The position numbers were made by a program, and so were the translations under genes. A DNA stretch of 64,000 bases from Geosiphon pyriformis uo1 (Eukaryota; Fungi; Glomeromycota): contig JAAOMT010000664.1 of the NCBI GenBank assembly GCA_016748015.1, positions 1,487,892 to 1,551,891 of the forward strand, written 5' to 3'. Positions 1 to 11,849 of the stretch are shown piece after piece (position 1 is the stretch's first letter; each line of letters starts with the position of its first letter). The notes under the pieces are model-generated. The model ran no database searches, had not been told where the DNA came from, and was given only the letters and a program-made list of their open reading frames with translations.

Positions 1-821
1 TCATTGTCTAATAAGCAAATAATACTGATGGTATAAACAAATCCCATTTGTCCTGATTTTCTTGACTGATCTTGGCGATTGCTTCATACAATGTTCTGTT
101 AAACCTCTCAATTAACTCATTTGTTTGTAGATAGTATGGTGATAATAATGGTTTTTTGATTCCAAATCTCTGACTTAATTTTGCTAATGTTCTGTTTACA
201 AAGTAAGTTCCTTGATCTGATAATAGTTCTTTTAGACATTCATGTCGACAAATCAAATCTTGATGAACAAATTCGGCAACAGATTCTGCATCTGCTCTTT
301 GAATGGCTTTTGCTTCTGGCCATTTAGTGAAATAGTCTATGGCTACTATAATATATTTGTTGCCTCTGCTGGTAATTGTTAATGGTTCGACTAAGTCAAT
401 TCCAATGCAATCAAATGGTTGTCTCACTTTGATTGGTCTTAATGGTTCACTTGGTCTTGTTCTACCTTTTTTCTGACAAGCATCACAATTCTAAACATAT
501 TGGATGATGTCTGGATACATTGATGGCCAATAATATCTCTTTCTGATTTTTTCCATGGTCGCTTCTTTATAAAAATGTCCTATTGTTGGGTCTAAGTGCA
601 TGTTGAATAATATTGTTTTTTTCTCTGGTTCTGTAATTACTTTAGTTGGTTGATCTGAATTTTTTCTGTTCTTTTGGTAAAGTATATTTTGATGGTTGAT
701 AAAATATTTTAATTGTTGTTTTATGTTCATTTGTTTTTTTTGAAATAATTTCTCCTTGAACAATTGGGTATTTATATAATATTGAAGTTGTTAGTATTTT
801 TGTATATTCATCTTTTGTTAT
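1..821 (-). pseudogene. Integrase of A1 (HHCC + DDE), 3' truncated by window edge
   Basis: H..GH...YYWP..CDAC; IGIDLV, LSDQGT, LIERFNRTL motifs. Confidence 0.93.
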
Positions 822-841
822 ATTTTTGGGTTGGAATGTTT

Positions 842-2100
842 TTAGATTTGTCTTATTCATGACAGTTTGTCAGCATTTCCATTGTCTTTTCTCTTTTTAT
901 AATGTACTGTATAATTAAATAGTGAAAGTTCTATTTTCCATCTGGCATGGCGATCATCTACAAATTCTTGTTTCTGAATTAAAGTCAATCCTTTGTGATC
1001 AGTGTACACTTCAAACTTTTGACTCAAGTATTCCTTCTATTTGATGACAGCCCAATAAATAGCTAAGTGTTCTAGTGCTGGAGTTCCATAGTTTTTCTCA
1101 GCTGGACTTAAGCTTCTACTGGTGTAAGCTACTGGATGTTTTCTTCTATTGGGTCTTTTCTGTGAGAATACTGCTCCCAATGCTTGGCCTAATGCATTAG
1201 TAGTGATTATAAATGGTTTGCTGTGGTCTGGATATATCAATACTGGAGCTTGAATAAGCTTTCTTCTTAATATATCAAAAGCTTCTTGTTGAGTTTTTGT
1301 TCATTTATACTTCACATTCTTTGTTTAGAGTTGATGTAGTGGTTAAGCTATTTTGGAAAAATTCTTAATGAAGTGGTAGTAGTATTCAGCAAATCTCAAG
1401 AATGCTCTTAATTCCGTAAGATTATTTGGTACTGGAAAGTTCTTAACAATCTCAATCTTGTCTGGATCTGTTTTTATTCCATCTTTGCTTACCACATGTC
1501 TCAAAAACTTGAGTTCAGTTTTTTCAAAGAAACATTTAGTCGCATTTAACTTTAGTCTGGCTCTTTTTAATCTTTTAAACACTTGTTGGAGATAATACAG
1601 ATGATCATTGAATGTTTTTGAGAACACATTGGTGTTATTCAAATATACAATTACTGATTTCCATAGTAATCTAGTATAGACAATTTTTATGAGCTGTTGG
1701 AATATTGCTAAAGTGTTCATTAAGCCAAATGACATGACTTCAAACTCAAAATTTCTCTCTTTTGTGGTAAATGCTGTTTTCTCTTTGTTGGCTGGGTTCA
1801 TGGTTACTTGCTAGTAGCCACTATCTAAATCCAGTGTTGAGAACTATTTATTTTCTCCAAAAGCATTAAATAGTTCTTAGATCTTTGGAGTTAGATAGCT
1901 ATTACCTTTGGTCATTCCATTCAGTTTCTGATAATCTACACAGAAATGGATCTTTCTATTCTTCTTCCGAACTAGTACCACTGGTGATGACCATGGGCTC
2001 ATTGATGGCTAAATTAGCCCATTGTCAAGCATTTAGTTAATTTCTTAACGAATGATCTTATGGCTAGCTGGTGGTATTCTGTATGCTCTTTGTTTAATTG
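842..2100 (-). pseudogene. Reverse transcriptase-RNase H of A1
   Basis: FCVDY, KTAFT, MSFGL, YLNN (=YLDD), TNA...LGAV, EKNY..LEHLAI; ends ADKLS(R)(M)RQI* at 842-844. Confidence 0.93.
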
Positions 2101-2679
2101 GTATTGCATTTCCAGTTTTAATCTGATGCTGGATGATGTTGGTTTGGCCAAATTCATTTTTGCTTGCAAAAATGTTATTGAAATTGTTAAGTAACATCTT
2201 TAGTTGCATTTGTTGGAGTGGGTCTAGATTCTTCATGTTTATCTGTTCTAATTGTTCTGATTGGAGCAGATAATATTTATTTCATCTATAGATGGTTTGT
2301 GATGTGATGTCCACATATCTGCAAAGTTGTGGAAAATTTGGAACATGGTTTGGTGGTTGATTCTCAACTTGAGTGACTAAATATTCAATGATAGTTCTCT
2401 TTGGTATTTTAATAACTTTTCCAGTTGTATTATAAATGAGAATTTTGATGTTTTTAGGGCTTTTGGCTAATATGTAAAGATTAGTGAATCCAATTTCTCC
2501 TGATTTACAAATGGTGGCTTCTGCTTCAAACAATTGAGCTTGATCCTTTACTTCTCTTTTTATGGCTAATATGTACTGATTATATGATGGAATGGAAATT
2601 GATTGATGGGTTAAGATAATTTTTTCTTTGTCAACAATTTTTTTCTTTGCCATATTGACTGATATGTCTATTCTACTTG

Positions 2680-3070
2680 TTGATCCAAATCCCTGTATTC
2701 TTCTTGCTGTTATACCTAATTCTTCCCTCTTTTCCACTAAAACTAACTAAGCTATTTTCACCAGAGATAAGAATATTGCCTGTGCTATTTTTTTATTTGG
2801 CTCTATAATATAGGTTTTTTCTGAGTCATTTTGTAGCATGGCGATGATATTTTCTATGTATTCTGCATCAATTATTCCTCCTCTGATATTGATTTCTTTT
2901 TTTGCTAAACTACTCCTAGATGCTAATTGAACCATGGTTGTTGCTGGAATTTCCAGAGCTATTTTGAAATCAATACATGTGCGTGAATTTGGTTCCAATT
3001 TGATGGCTTCTTTTCTCAGATATCTCAAATCAAACCCTGCATTAGTATCATGCACACATTCTGGCATAAT
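2680..3070 (-). pseudogene. dUTPase domain of A1 polyprotein
   Basis: dUTPase motifs AGFDL, ASRSSLA, GGIIDAEY, KIAQ, R.IQGFGST. Confidence 0.9.
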
Positions 3071-4299
3071 ATCTTTATTATTATTACTATATCATTTGAG
3101 TTCCTGCTTCTTAGAGAGATCAAGAAATGCAATGTATATTTTAGGGTTTGAATTGGAGTCTAAACCATTGATATTTTTGTTGCCATATTGCATAGAGCTA
3201 GAACCAGTGTTTTCATTGTCATCATTGTCAGAGTTTGAATTGGGATTGAAAACTGATTCTGATTCTGATGTGCAGCTGCTAATTGGTTCTTCTTCTGAGA
3301 TCGTATAGATCATGCATAGTAGTGGATTGTAAATAAGGTTACACTCATTACAATATTGAAAGTTACAGGGAATTAAGCAATGTTAACATAACTGAGTATT
3401 CAACTGTTCCAAATGCTGCTCTTGTTCTTTTTTGGTAGATACTAGCTCTTAATAATGTTCATGGAATTGTTCTGGATCTAGAAGATTTATGACTGGTTCT
3501 GGGTTCCAGTCAAGTTTTATAGGTTCAGATGAGTTATTTTTAATCGTTTTTATTTCTTTTGGGGTCGCTTCTTTGATTTTGGCAAGTGCCATTTGCCTGA
3601 TTTTGTCATCATTATGTAGGCACCCATCCAGATATTTGACAACTCATCTCCAGGCAGTGTCTATGAGTGTTCTTTTTCTTACCCAGTTGCTTATGAGAAT
3701 CATGTATTGACACAATTCATCACATATTTTTCCTTATCCAGGAATGTTGTTCCATATTTCTTTGTCTAGAAGAGTTTCTTCACAAGCCAAACAGAGTTTG
3801 TTATCCTATTTTTCTACTCATTTTGGTCTTCCAAAACATTCAAGGACACATGGGCGACAATAGAATTTGGTTGTTGAAGTATACTTCTCATTGTCATCAC
3901 AGCAAGTGCCCATTGACAACAATTTCTTGCTGCAATCAACACACACCAGTTTTGGGTGACAATAAGCAGATTGTTGTGGTGTAGTGTAGGAATTATATGT
4001 GGTGATGCTGGTGGATATTGATCCTTCTTCTCATCTCTTTTCTTTTTCTTTTGTCTTTTTTTCTTATTCTCAAACTGGTTCTTCTAAATTATGGTTAGTT
4101 TCCCAGTTTTGGTCAGTGTTCCAAGTAAGTTCTTCTTTTTGCTTTCCTTTGCTGTTGTCATCCCACAAAGATACTGGTGGCAGCTTGTTGTGTTTTGTAT
4201 TGGCTTAGGAAACTTAATAGGCTTCTCAAATTGGTTTCTTCTCTTCTTCCTCGAATTTGATGAGTAGTGTTGTCGAGTTAGTGGTCTTGAAATGGCCAC

Positions 4300-4720
4300 A
4301 CGTGGCTGGTACATATGTGTGCTGACCATTTTGGCTCAGTTGGAGCTCCTGCGTTATCCAGTTTAGTATGGCATTGGTTTTAGATAACCAGTCATTCTCT
4401 ACTAATGCCTGATATTGAGTTGCTTCCATTACTAGGACTTTAATAAGAGTGATGATGCCATTGACTTCAAAAAAGAAGTCATCAATCTCACCAATAGGAG
4501 TTTTGGTTGCTCCATCAGCGGTTATGATTCTGGTACTGGCAGCGCAATTAATTTGGCAACCTAATTGGTCTATGAGTTGTTTTGTAATAATGCTGTTAGC
4601 TAATCCACTGTTTAGAATCAGTTTGATGGAATGGCCATCAACTTTGACATCAGTATACATGGCAGTAATAGATTTTTTTTCCAAAGTGGCTCCACTAAAT
4701 AATGGCATGATCGATGGTTT
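4300..4720 (-). pseudogene. Aspartic protease of A1
   Basis: V.VDG..IKLILNSG (=LDSG), ALV.NDWL. Confidence 0.85.
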
Positions 4721-5289
4721 TTTGAGTTCAAACAGAAAGATGGCATTCAGGGATTTGTTCTTGGTGATGGTAGCTGGCAAAATGTTGCTGGTAAGTGTTG
4801 AGTATTGGTTGGTTTCCAGGTTATTGGGTTGAGTGTCTTCTGGGATAACCAGTAGACTTAAATAGTTCTGAAAATTCAGATGTTGAGCATATCCAGTGCC
4901 CAAATTCCATTGTCGAGATTTTGCTGGTTGTGTGAAAGAACTGGGGATTAGTTGGTGAACTACCATCAACAATCTCCAGCTTTGTTGGGTCAATCTTGGC
5001 CTTTGGATTCCATTTTAAGATAAGTTCTGTAGTGGTGTTTGAATTTGTTGGGGCTGATATATTACTTGAGGCTGTGGCTGATAAATGAGTTGTGGTTGCA
5101 GCTAATAAATTGCTGGTGTTATCAGTTGATAAATTGGCATTTGATATACTGGTGGTTAATAAGGTGGCTGCTGTGTCATAGGTAAGTAATTCTGATGATA
5201 TGGCTTTAAGTTTGATGGGTTATTTGGAATTAGAAACTAGCAATCAGGGTTTCAATATTGATTTCCTGATCATTGGTTATTTAAGTGAT

Positions 5290-7060
5290 GGCAGCAATCA
5301 ATTTGTAGGTGTTCTTGTTTACCACAATAGTGGCAAACATGTGTTTCTTGTTGCCACTGTTGATTGGTCAACTATAATGGATGTGACTAATTTTGAAAAC
5401 AATTTGCATTTCTGGAATTATTGTTTCGTTGTGATGGTTAATAAATTGCATGATTGTCAGCTAAGTATTCCTTTAATTTCTGATTGATAGAATTACTAAA
5501 TTGTTTCAATTTGGAATCCAATTCAGATAATCTATTCATTACTAGATTAACAGCTTGGGCATGGTTGGCTTATAATTTAGTGGCTTTAAAATCTCTGGCA
5601 TTTGTAATAGCTGCTTGCAGATTGACAGGATGCATTGGACATATGTATTGCAAAATGCTATTGCATAATCCGCGAATAAACTGATTTAGGATCTGGGCCA
5701 CTGTGAAGTAATTGGTATTGATGGCTTGGATCTGGTGCAGATTCCTGTGGAAGCATCCTAAGTAAGTAGTGACTGCTTTATTTTCTCTTTGTTTGATGAT
5801 AGTGAAGGTGTTTGCTAGCCTATTAATGCTGTTATTGTTGCTGAAGTATCTTAAGAACTCAATTTTAAATGCATTAAAATCTTGAGATTTGTTGACTAGG
5901 CTTTAATACCATGAATTGACAGTATTCTGGAGAAAATATGGGATGGCTTGCATGGCTCTGGTGTTATTCCATCCATTAGCTGCTATGGCTTTTTCTATGT
6001 CATTAAGTCATACTTGGGCATTGTCTTTTTTGCCAGTAAATTTCTTAAGTTTTGCTATTAGAGCATAGACTATTGGATCCAAGTTTGGTTGTTAAAATTG
6101 TTGTTGTGGCTGTGGAAGTGGCTGCTGTGGTAGTTGAGATGATTGAAGTGGCTGTTGTTGCTGTTTGTCGATTGGTAGAGCTGGAAATAGATTGATCACG
6201 ATTACTGGAAGTAAGTGTTATTGATTATTAATGTCAGAGTTTCAATCATTCTGATTGTGCTGCATTTGAAAATTCCAAGTTTCAATTTCCGGATTTTCTA
6301 AATTTAGATTTTGCTAAGTCTGAAAGTTCAGAGTTTCAATGTCCAGGTTTTGGTAAATAAATTTTTAATCTTCAGATTCTTCTTCTTTTTCCTGTTCTTC
6401 TTCTGATTCTGTTAATTCCCAGGAACTTGCAGTTTCAAAATCTGGCTGCAGTGGTAGTGATCAGAATCCTGATGGCATTGGCGATTGCAATTTAAATCTT
6501 TTAAAGTAATTACTATATGATCCTAATAACTCTGCTTTTTGTTGTTTACTTTAAAATGGAAAGCATCCAAAAGTTGATGTTGCATTTGATGTGAACACAT
6601 CTGTTGATGAGATGTTGATGGCACTTTAGAGTGTATAATGGTATAATGGATGAATGGGTAATTCAACTTGGGTTTTCTTCCAATTGGGTGGTTGGATTTG
6701 TTTTAGTATTACTGTTGGAATTTGCAATCTTCCTTTGCCTTTATCTGCATAAGTAATAGGAAATTGTTGTTGTATATATCTTTCAATAGTTTGATTGATT
6801 TTTCTAATAATTGGTGCAAAACTGTAGTTTCTTGGTAAGCTGGTATGCTAAAATAATTCTGTATAAAAGTTTTTCTTTGCTGATTCAATATTAACTGTTC
6901 CTCCTAAGCAATCTGTGATTTTATCATTAACATAAAAGTTAAAGGCTGATTCTGCTGGGAAATGATTATTGTTTAATTCTAATTGTTAACTGTACTATTA
7001 AAATAAGGATTTGGTGAATCCTAAATGGTTTGTCCTTATGATTTCTGATTCTGCCACTTT
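5290..7060 (-). pseudogene. gag of A1 (capsid-like region + CCHC zinc knuckle)
   Basis: KFTGKK..AQVWL.D.EKAI.ANGW...IPYFL; CHYCGKQEHLQIDC at ~5300-5340. Confidence 0.8.
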
Positions 7061-7101
7061 TGGATGATTGTTGATGGTGCTGGTTTTCTGTAAGATTATA
7101 T

Positions 7102-7117
7102 CTCACAGGGAGCACCA
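7102..7117 (-). promoter_or_regulatory. Primer binding site of A1 (TGGTGCTCCCTGTGAG)
   Basis: TGG 2 nt after LTR end, complementary to a tRNA 3' end ...CTCACAGGGAGCA-CCA. This resembles elongator Met or Ile(UAU); the isotype is not resolved. Confidence 0.8.
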
Positions 7118-7119
7118 AA

Positions 7120-8036
7120 TGTTATAAGTGATTATTTGGGGTCTCAAATTAAATAACAAACCCATAACTTGGTGCTCAGTATCTACTCTGATGGCTAATA
7201 GTGGTAATATTGGTATGTTGTCTTTATTTGAAGGTTTTGATTGAAAGTCCTTTGTATAATGGACAGAAATTCAATGATGAAGTAGTTAGTTGGTGAGTGG
7301 TGTTCTCAATTTCTGTCTTCAGCTTGGTGGTCAGTTTATTCTGGCAGTTGTGTCTTTCTGGTAAGCTATTCATTAATATATATATAATTTTACCCTTATT
7401 TCTGGATTTTTTATCAGGCTATCTATAATGTCAATTACTCAGCACTTTAATTCTTAATTAGTTAGTATACAACAAATACAATCAAAAAAAAGAAAATAAA
7501 AGAAGAAAATAAAGAAATGAGCCAAGACAATATGCAAGTTAGGATCCGTCAATAGCCATGATCAAGAGCTATTGTTCTAGTGTAGTTAAGTATCAATTAC
7601 TATTAACATGAAATATTGATAATAGAGAGTGAGTTGAAATGGTGAATAATTATTTATTAATATTTGTGAATAGAAAGTTGCTTAGATAAAATCTAAACTG
7701 AGAGGTCTCTAATAAAAAGATTCTGCCTTTTCTACTTCTAACACTACTGCTATATATACATAATTGATGTTCTATAAGATTGCTTATATTTCCAAGCAAT
7801 GTGCTATGATTTCTTGAGCAATGTTCACATTGCTAAGTAATGTGCCCTAATTTTTTAACATTGCTCCACATTGCTGAGCAATATGCTGTGTTTTCTGTCA
7901 TTGCTCCATATTGTTGAGCAATGTGCCATAATTTCTGTTATTGCTCTATATTGCTGAACAATGTGTTCACATGTTACATACTATTCGCTTATTGGTCTAT
8001 TATTTCCCTATATTTGTTTTTTTTTTATGAGTAACA
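7120..8036 (-). repeat. 5' LTR of A1 (LTR type A, 917 bp)
   Basis: TGTTA...TAACA termini; reverse-complement match to 35254-36361. Confidence 0.93.
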
Positions 8037-8160
8037 ATGGGCTGTATTTAATTATAATAATTGGTTTTAAATTTCATTGGATATTTTTAGATTTAATTAA
8101 TAAAATTTGTGTTTTTAGTTAAAATACAAATAACCAAAAACTTTTTGTTTCCTTAATTTT

Positions 8161-10299
8161 ATGACCATGACCAAAGCAAAAAGTAAAAAAGTTGCACCTA
8201 ATATCTGTTCTGAGATATCTAATAAAATTTCAACCAGAGGAGCTTTTTTTGTTGTAGAAACAACTAGGCAGAACATTTTAGAAGCCTTTTTTTTATCCAG
8301 TAATCATGAAAAGCTGTCTTTGATAGTCACTGAAGCAACTTCCTCATCTTTGGCTGGTTTCTCACCAATTAAAGTTCCCTCAAAGAGACACACTTGGGTT
8401 AGTCCCAATGTTGTCTCCACCCTTACTAAAAGCCCAAAAGTGTTTAATAATAGACTAGTTAACAAGCTGGTGTTTCCTTCCATAGCTTCAGCATCTGATG
8501 CTTCTAACACCTCCTCTTCAAAAAAAATGGTCAGAAAGACCAAAAGTTCAGAAAAGTGGGAGCAGTTACTTGTCTCTGCTATTGTTACACCGAATCTCTT
8601 TGTGGTTTCCAATAAGATCTTAGATAAGATTTCAGATAAGATCTCTATAGTATCATTCAGCACATCATCCAAGATGGGCCAAGATCAACTACTGGCTGTA
8701 TTACCAAATGTGGTGTCTTCTGGTAGATCATTGCCGGTTTTAGAAACAAAGCAATCTCTTCCTGTTGAGTCACCTGTTCTTGAAAACTGGGCTGACCAAA
8801 TGGAAACTGAATCATCTCCTTTTCTAGTTTCTGGTGCTACTTCTGGTGGTGCTTAGAAAACTATTATTAGTTGTCAAAGGTTTGCTGGGTGGGTGGCCTC
8901 TACTCTGGTGCTTGATGCTATTTTTAAGATCAAATTGGCTCATGTTAAGACTGTTTTTCAGTCAGTACATGGTTTTTTGGGTGCAAAATTAGTATTAAAA
9001 GACAATGTGAAGCTGTTTTGTGTGGAGTTTGCTTCTCAAGTGTCTTTGGAAGCTGTGTTTTTGGTTGAGCTTACAAGTTCTATACACTTGGCCACTCTTA
9101 AAATTGCCAAGTCTTTGGTAGTTTCTAAGTCTGGTTTCTCTTCTGCTGCTGTTGTATTGCATAATGTGCCTTTGGGTGTGTCTATTGCTGACATTAAGAC
9201 AGTTCTCAGTGTGTTTGGTAGTGTTACCCATATTGTATTAAAACCTGTTGGTATTTGGCAGTACATGGTGGTTTATTTTGAGAAATTAGACTCTGCTATG
9301 TCTGCTTTGAATCATTGGTCAGTCTTGGTAAGCAAGAATAATATTAAAATTCTCCCTCTGGTGAATCAAAATGAGACTATTTTGTCTCATGATAAGTTTA
9401 AGGCCAAGTTGGTCAATCTTCTTTCTGGATGCACAGCTTTTGAGATTAGTGATATGATTTCTCAAGTTGGTGGTCAGACATGTTTTATTCCTCATTTTCC
9501 TGAGTCTGGTCGTTATTCCTGGTTTGCTCTGATTACATTTGGTTTCCAAGCTAATTTGAACTCTGCTATTGTCAAAACTGATACACTAAGAAAATACTGT
9601 ATTTGGTAGGAAACTTCTGGTTGTTGGCATTGTTTCAAGTGTTAAGAGCTGAGCCATCTGACTGCAGACTGTAAGATTTCTCTGCCTCCCTCTCCCAAGT
9701 TTCTCAAGGTGTTTACATCATGCTTTGTTGGTTCTAAGTCTTATGCTAAGGCTTCTGCTTCTTTGGGCTCCTCTGAGTTTTTATCTCTGTTATCTCTTGT
9801 TTTTTCTCCAGTTGTTGTTGGTGATTTTTTGGTGCTGTTCTGTTTGTCTTCTTTGAAATTTGATTTAACTAAGCTTTCTGTTTTGGTTGAGTCTATTGAT
9901 AAGCTTATTGGCTCTTTGGTTACAACTTTTAAACAGTTTATTAATAGTGATTTAATTACAAGTAGTGCTCTTGGTCTTAGGATCAATGAGGTTTTGGTAC
10001 ATATGAGTTTCTTTAGTAGGACTGTTGGTAAGTTGGGGAGGGAAGTGGTTTCTTTGAAAAAAAAATGCTGCATAGAAAACATTGATATGTCTGGTAATTC
10101 AGAGCTTCTGCCTGTTGTGGATGATGAGATGTTTTCTAACTTAATGTCCCTTTGAGAACATAAGTCTGTTGATGTTAAAATGGATCCCTTTAAAACTGCT
10201 GAGTGGCTGGTTGGTTTGGTTTCTTACAGTGCAACTTTGTTTTCTGTTATTTAGAAGATGTTATCTCTGAGTAAGTTTTTTTCTGTAGCATTAACATAG
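8161..10299 (+). mobile_element. ORF1-only LINE derivative, copy 1 (~712 codons, RRM-like + CCHC), followed by a ~120 bp 3' tail to ~10420
   Basis: One reading frame interrupted only by stops. Clear homology to LINE ORF1 at 14208 (AVVLHNVPLG/AIVLKEIPVG, VGIWQ/VGLWQ, WSVL/WSIL, DKFKA/DKFRA). CFKC.ELSHLTADC knuckle. No ORF2 follows. Confidence 0.8.
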
Positions 10300-10559
10300 T
10301 GTGTTCTTGACTGGTCTAAGTGGCTGGTTATGTGTAAAAAACACATGATTAGTGCCTAGTTTAGATTGATTCTTCAATGTATTGTTCTAGGTAGCTTTTG
10401 GACCTTGTTCATTAAACTTTATTTTCAAAAACTTTGTATATGTAAAATAATTCATTTTATTTTAGGTTAAATTTTTTATTTTACTATTTTTTAGCTTTAG
10501 TGTAATATAATAATATTTTGTTTTTAATCTTAAATATAATTAGTTGGTTTAGTAGGTAA

Positions 10560-11100
10560 TTATTGTGTTTTTTTGTTATTTCTAAGAATTGCTAATATTG
10601 TTAATTGCTGTTCTATAATTGTTTTTTAGCATTTCTATAGCTGATTTGTTTTTTGGTATAAGATAACTTTTTTGATAATTGTTTTTGTTAAAAAAAAAAT
10701 ATTTCTAGTTTAATAAATAGTATAATATTTTTTTATAAATTAGTTTGAAAAAAGTGATTTAAGTAATATTTTGCTTCAATTTGGTATATAAATAATACTA
10801 AAGATATAAATAAGTCTTATTTTTGCATATTTTTATAACTTATTTTTGTTAAGATTTTATATAATGTTTAATTAAATTATTTTATCAATTTGTTGGTTTA
10901 AAAATAATATAAGAATAACAAAAGTCATTTTATTTTAAATTATTGGCTTAGTTTTATCAGAGTACTATTAACAAAATAAATTTTTTGATTAGATAATAAT
11001 TTTTTTGAACATTTATGTTAACAAATCAAATTTTGGTATATAAATTTAGTTATTGTTTTAGTATATACAGCTTAAATAGCTTGAATTTTTAGTTATTTAA
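10560..11100 (-). pseudogene. Very decayed Gypsy gag remnant
   Basis: Translation QIEAKYYLNHFFSN*FIKKL resembles the Q.ET.YY...ILDQFI.GL motif of the other gags. Confidence 0.4.
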
Positions 11101-11849
11101 TAAAATAGTCTATAACTACTACAATATATTAATTTTTTTAGAAGTAATTAATAAAGATTCAACCAAATTAATTTCAATTCTATTAAATAGATTTCAATTG
11201 AAATAAATTAAAGTGGTTTTGTTATTTTGGTTCTTTTTTTTTTGTTAACAAAAGTCACAATTGTAAATATATTTGAAAATATCTTTATATATTGTTAACT
11301 AATAATATAAATTAATTGTTTTTTCTAAAATAATATCTTTGTTGAAATGTTTTATTATTAAATTGAAGTATATATCAAACAAGATGTTTTTTTTTCAATA
11401 TTTTTTATAACTTATTGTAATATAGTATGATTTTAATATTCTTGTTAGTATAATTGTTTATTGTAAATAAAGTAGTTTTAAGTTTGTTTTTATATAACAC
11501 TTTGTTCTTATTAAAATAGTTTTTTTTTAAACTAAAATATTAACAAATATTAATATAATTATTAATAAATAATAGTATTTATTTAATAAAACTAAACTTA
11601 AGTCATTCTTAATAAACTGTTAATATTAATGTTTTTAGTTTTTTTTTATAATTTACTTTATAGAAAAATTGTTATAAATAAATACTTTATTTTGTATATA
11701 TTTTTTAAGTTGTAATTTGTTAATTAAATAAGTTTTTCATAATTAGTATATAGATTAAATAATTAATAAAGATAATATTTTCAGTTTTATATAGGCTAGT
11801 AAATAGTAAAACACTCTAAATATATAATATTGTATATTTTTTTAGTTGT

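Larger units (their letters stand above)
1..8036 (-). mobile_element. Ty3/Gypsy LTR retrotransposon copy A1 (5' LTR, PBS, gag, PR, dUTPase, RT-RH, IN); 3' end lies outside the window
   Basis: Domain order PR-RT-RH-IN in ORF fragments. TG...CA LTR at 7120-8036 followed by PBS TGGTGCTCCC. Many premature stops. Confidence 0.95.

Noticed and set aside
2680-3070. dUTPase as a host or horizontally acquired stand-alone gene
   Set aside because: It is embedded at the same polyprotein position in three element families.
2934-5684. Plus-strand ORFs opposite the Gypsy frames (also 18747, 21327, 27449-29377, 32174, 59746-61297)
   Set aside because: Antisense shadows with no motifs and no conservation between copies.
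7785-7966. CRISPR-like palindromic repeat-spacer array
   Set aside because: It lies inside an LTR U3 and recurs in another LTR copy, the spacers are related to each other, there are no cas genes, and the context is eukaryotic.
8037-8041. ATGGG flanks both LTR A1 (8037) and LTR B (34367)
   Set aside because: Different families and unrelated downstream sequence; the other target sites (ACAG, GCGC, GCAT, TCAG) do not share it, so probably chance.
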